Below are positions 34,701-35,735 of a DNA stretch of 35,735 bases, in pieces. How positions within the stretch are numbered: the first letter of the stretch is position 1; each line of letters opens with the position of its first letter. The translations under genes were made by a program, and so were the position numbers. The DNA is taken from positions 1-35,735 of IMG/VR virus record IMGVR_UViG_3300044695_003817, one strand, 5' to 3'. The notes beneath the pieces are model-generated. The model was not told where the DNA came from. It saw nothing but the letters and a program-made list of their open reading frames with translations, and searched no databases. Origin of the DNA: a virus (taxonomy: Duplodnaviria > Caudoviricetes).

Positions 34701-35296
34701 CAAGCCTGGGGCCAGTCGAAGCTCTGAAAGCGCAAGCGCGAGTAGGGTAGTACGTTGGCCTCAGACTTGTTGGGAAAGCGAATTCTGTGGACGAAGCCGG
34801 GCGCAAGCCCGCGTGAGCCGGACCAGACGCTGCAAGTACCAACAACCTACACGCATGGGGGCTGGCTAGTCAGGGAAGTCCAAGCGGGTACATACCACTG
34901 GCCCGCCCATACAGGAATGCCCACCAGTCCCCAGCCGTGTTGGTGTCAGCAATCATGAACGGCACCGTAGGCATACGGTGACTTAGGGAAATTCGAGCGG
35001 TTGGCCCGCCCCAAGTAGTGACCAAGTGACGTACCCCTAACCCTGACGTATTCGGGGCGAAATGTGACCAAATGAGAGGGGTGGTCTGCCGACAACCAAC
35101 ACGCATGGGGATGTGGCCGGTGTCGCCACGAATCGAAGGACGCACGACGAGTCCCCAGCCGTGTTGGTGAATGCGCAGGCTGATGCGCACAAATGGTCCT
35201 CTTAGGAGGTGGGCACTCTTATTGCGCATCGTGGCCCTTAAATCCAGACCCGGAAATGAGCAGCGCAAAGCAGGAGATCAGCGCCTGCCACCAACA
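34697..35296 (+). ncRNA. Chain of six structured RNA modules
   Basis: Consecutive long stems with shared GTTGG/CCAAC ends; no credible ORF; followed by a U-run. Confidence 0.7.
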
Positions 35297-35313
35297 ATTT
35301 TTTTCGTAGGGGC

Positions 35314-35342
35314 TTGACAAGACCCAAAATTTGATAGAAACT
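35314..35342 (+). promoter_or_regulatory. Putative promoter TTGACA-17-GAAACT
   Basis: Perfect -35 upstream of the C4-like RNA. Confidence 0.45.
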
Positions 35343-35349
35343 TCATCCC

Positions 35350-35449
35350 GTTGCCGTGGAAAGCGACAGTGAAGGCCGGTTACTCATGCTCTCGCCCTTG
35401 GTTCAAATCCAAAGGGTTTCCACCGAGGGCAGCAGTAACCGGCTTTTTT
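35350..35449 (+). ncRNA. C4/CI-like antisense RNA/attenuator with a T-loop
   Basis: Stem 35372-35384/35434-35446 plus U-run; GGTTCAAATCC T-arm; unpaired TTTCCAC complementary to upstream GTGGAAA. Confidence 0.6.
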
Positions 35450-35608
35450 GTTTTCTACGCGACCGTACTCCGCACGAAAGCAGGGGCCGCAAGTGGGGCT
35501 GCTCGGAAGGAAACCGCGACACGGTATGCCGTAAGGCTAGGGGGCAGTTCCCGAACAATCCGTGCGGCTGGTCGAATCGTCAAGCCGGGGGCGTACTGTA
35601 TCCAATCA

Positions 35609-35735
35609 GTAGCATGACGATCCCTTCAATGGGGGGTGAACCTAACTCGTCCTTCCTCACACTTTGTGGGGTAGGGGGGTCTTTTGGGTGAACCATATGA
35701 ATTATGGTGTTTATGAATCATGTTAAAGACATTTA
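35609..35735. repeat. Terminal direct repeat identical to 1-127
   Basis: Exact match. Confidence 0.95.

Noticed and set aside
34846-35168. CRISPR mini-array
   Set aside because: Only two copies of two alternating half-repeats with unequal spacing; they pair as stems; no cas genes
35395-35416. tRNA gene suggested by GGTTCAAATCC
   Set aside because: Only a T-arm is present; there is no D arm, anticodon arm or proper acceptor stem
35351-35691. ORFs 35351-35617 and 35356-35691 (also 34603-34869, 34755-34958, 34870-35268)
   Set aside because: No RBS, non-protein-like composition, and they overlie strong RNA structure or cro

Overview
Complete, circularly permuted genome (35,608 bp plus a 127-bp end overlap) of a P22-like podophage. 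The host is probably a betaproteobacterium (weak inference). The rightward arm runs: Cro-like regulator, a ~0.9 kb structured non-coding region, a TGT/DpdA-fold transglycosylase with a VUT/YhhQ-type transporter, replication/nuclease/methyltransferase genes, then TerS, TerL, portal, scaffold, P22 coat, gp4/gp10-like proteins, ejection proteins, tailspike and lysis genes. The leftward early arm carries ERF, YqaJ exonuclease, SSB and many small genes. No integrase, CI, DNA polymerase or helicase was recognised. Most notable: (1) a ~600-nt chain of six structured RNA modules with interlocking GTTGG/CCAAC closing stems after cro, followed by a C4/CI-like antisense RNA; (2) a two-gene salvage-type 7-deazaguanine module with no biosynthesis genes; (3) a double-hairpin anti-Shine-Dalgarno sRNA; (4) recurrent promoter/operator cassettes and a scaffold-leader pseudoknot. 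All calls were made by eye from motifs and synteny; no database searches or folding programs were run.
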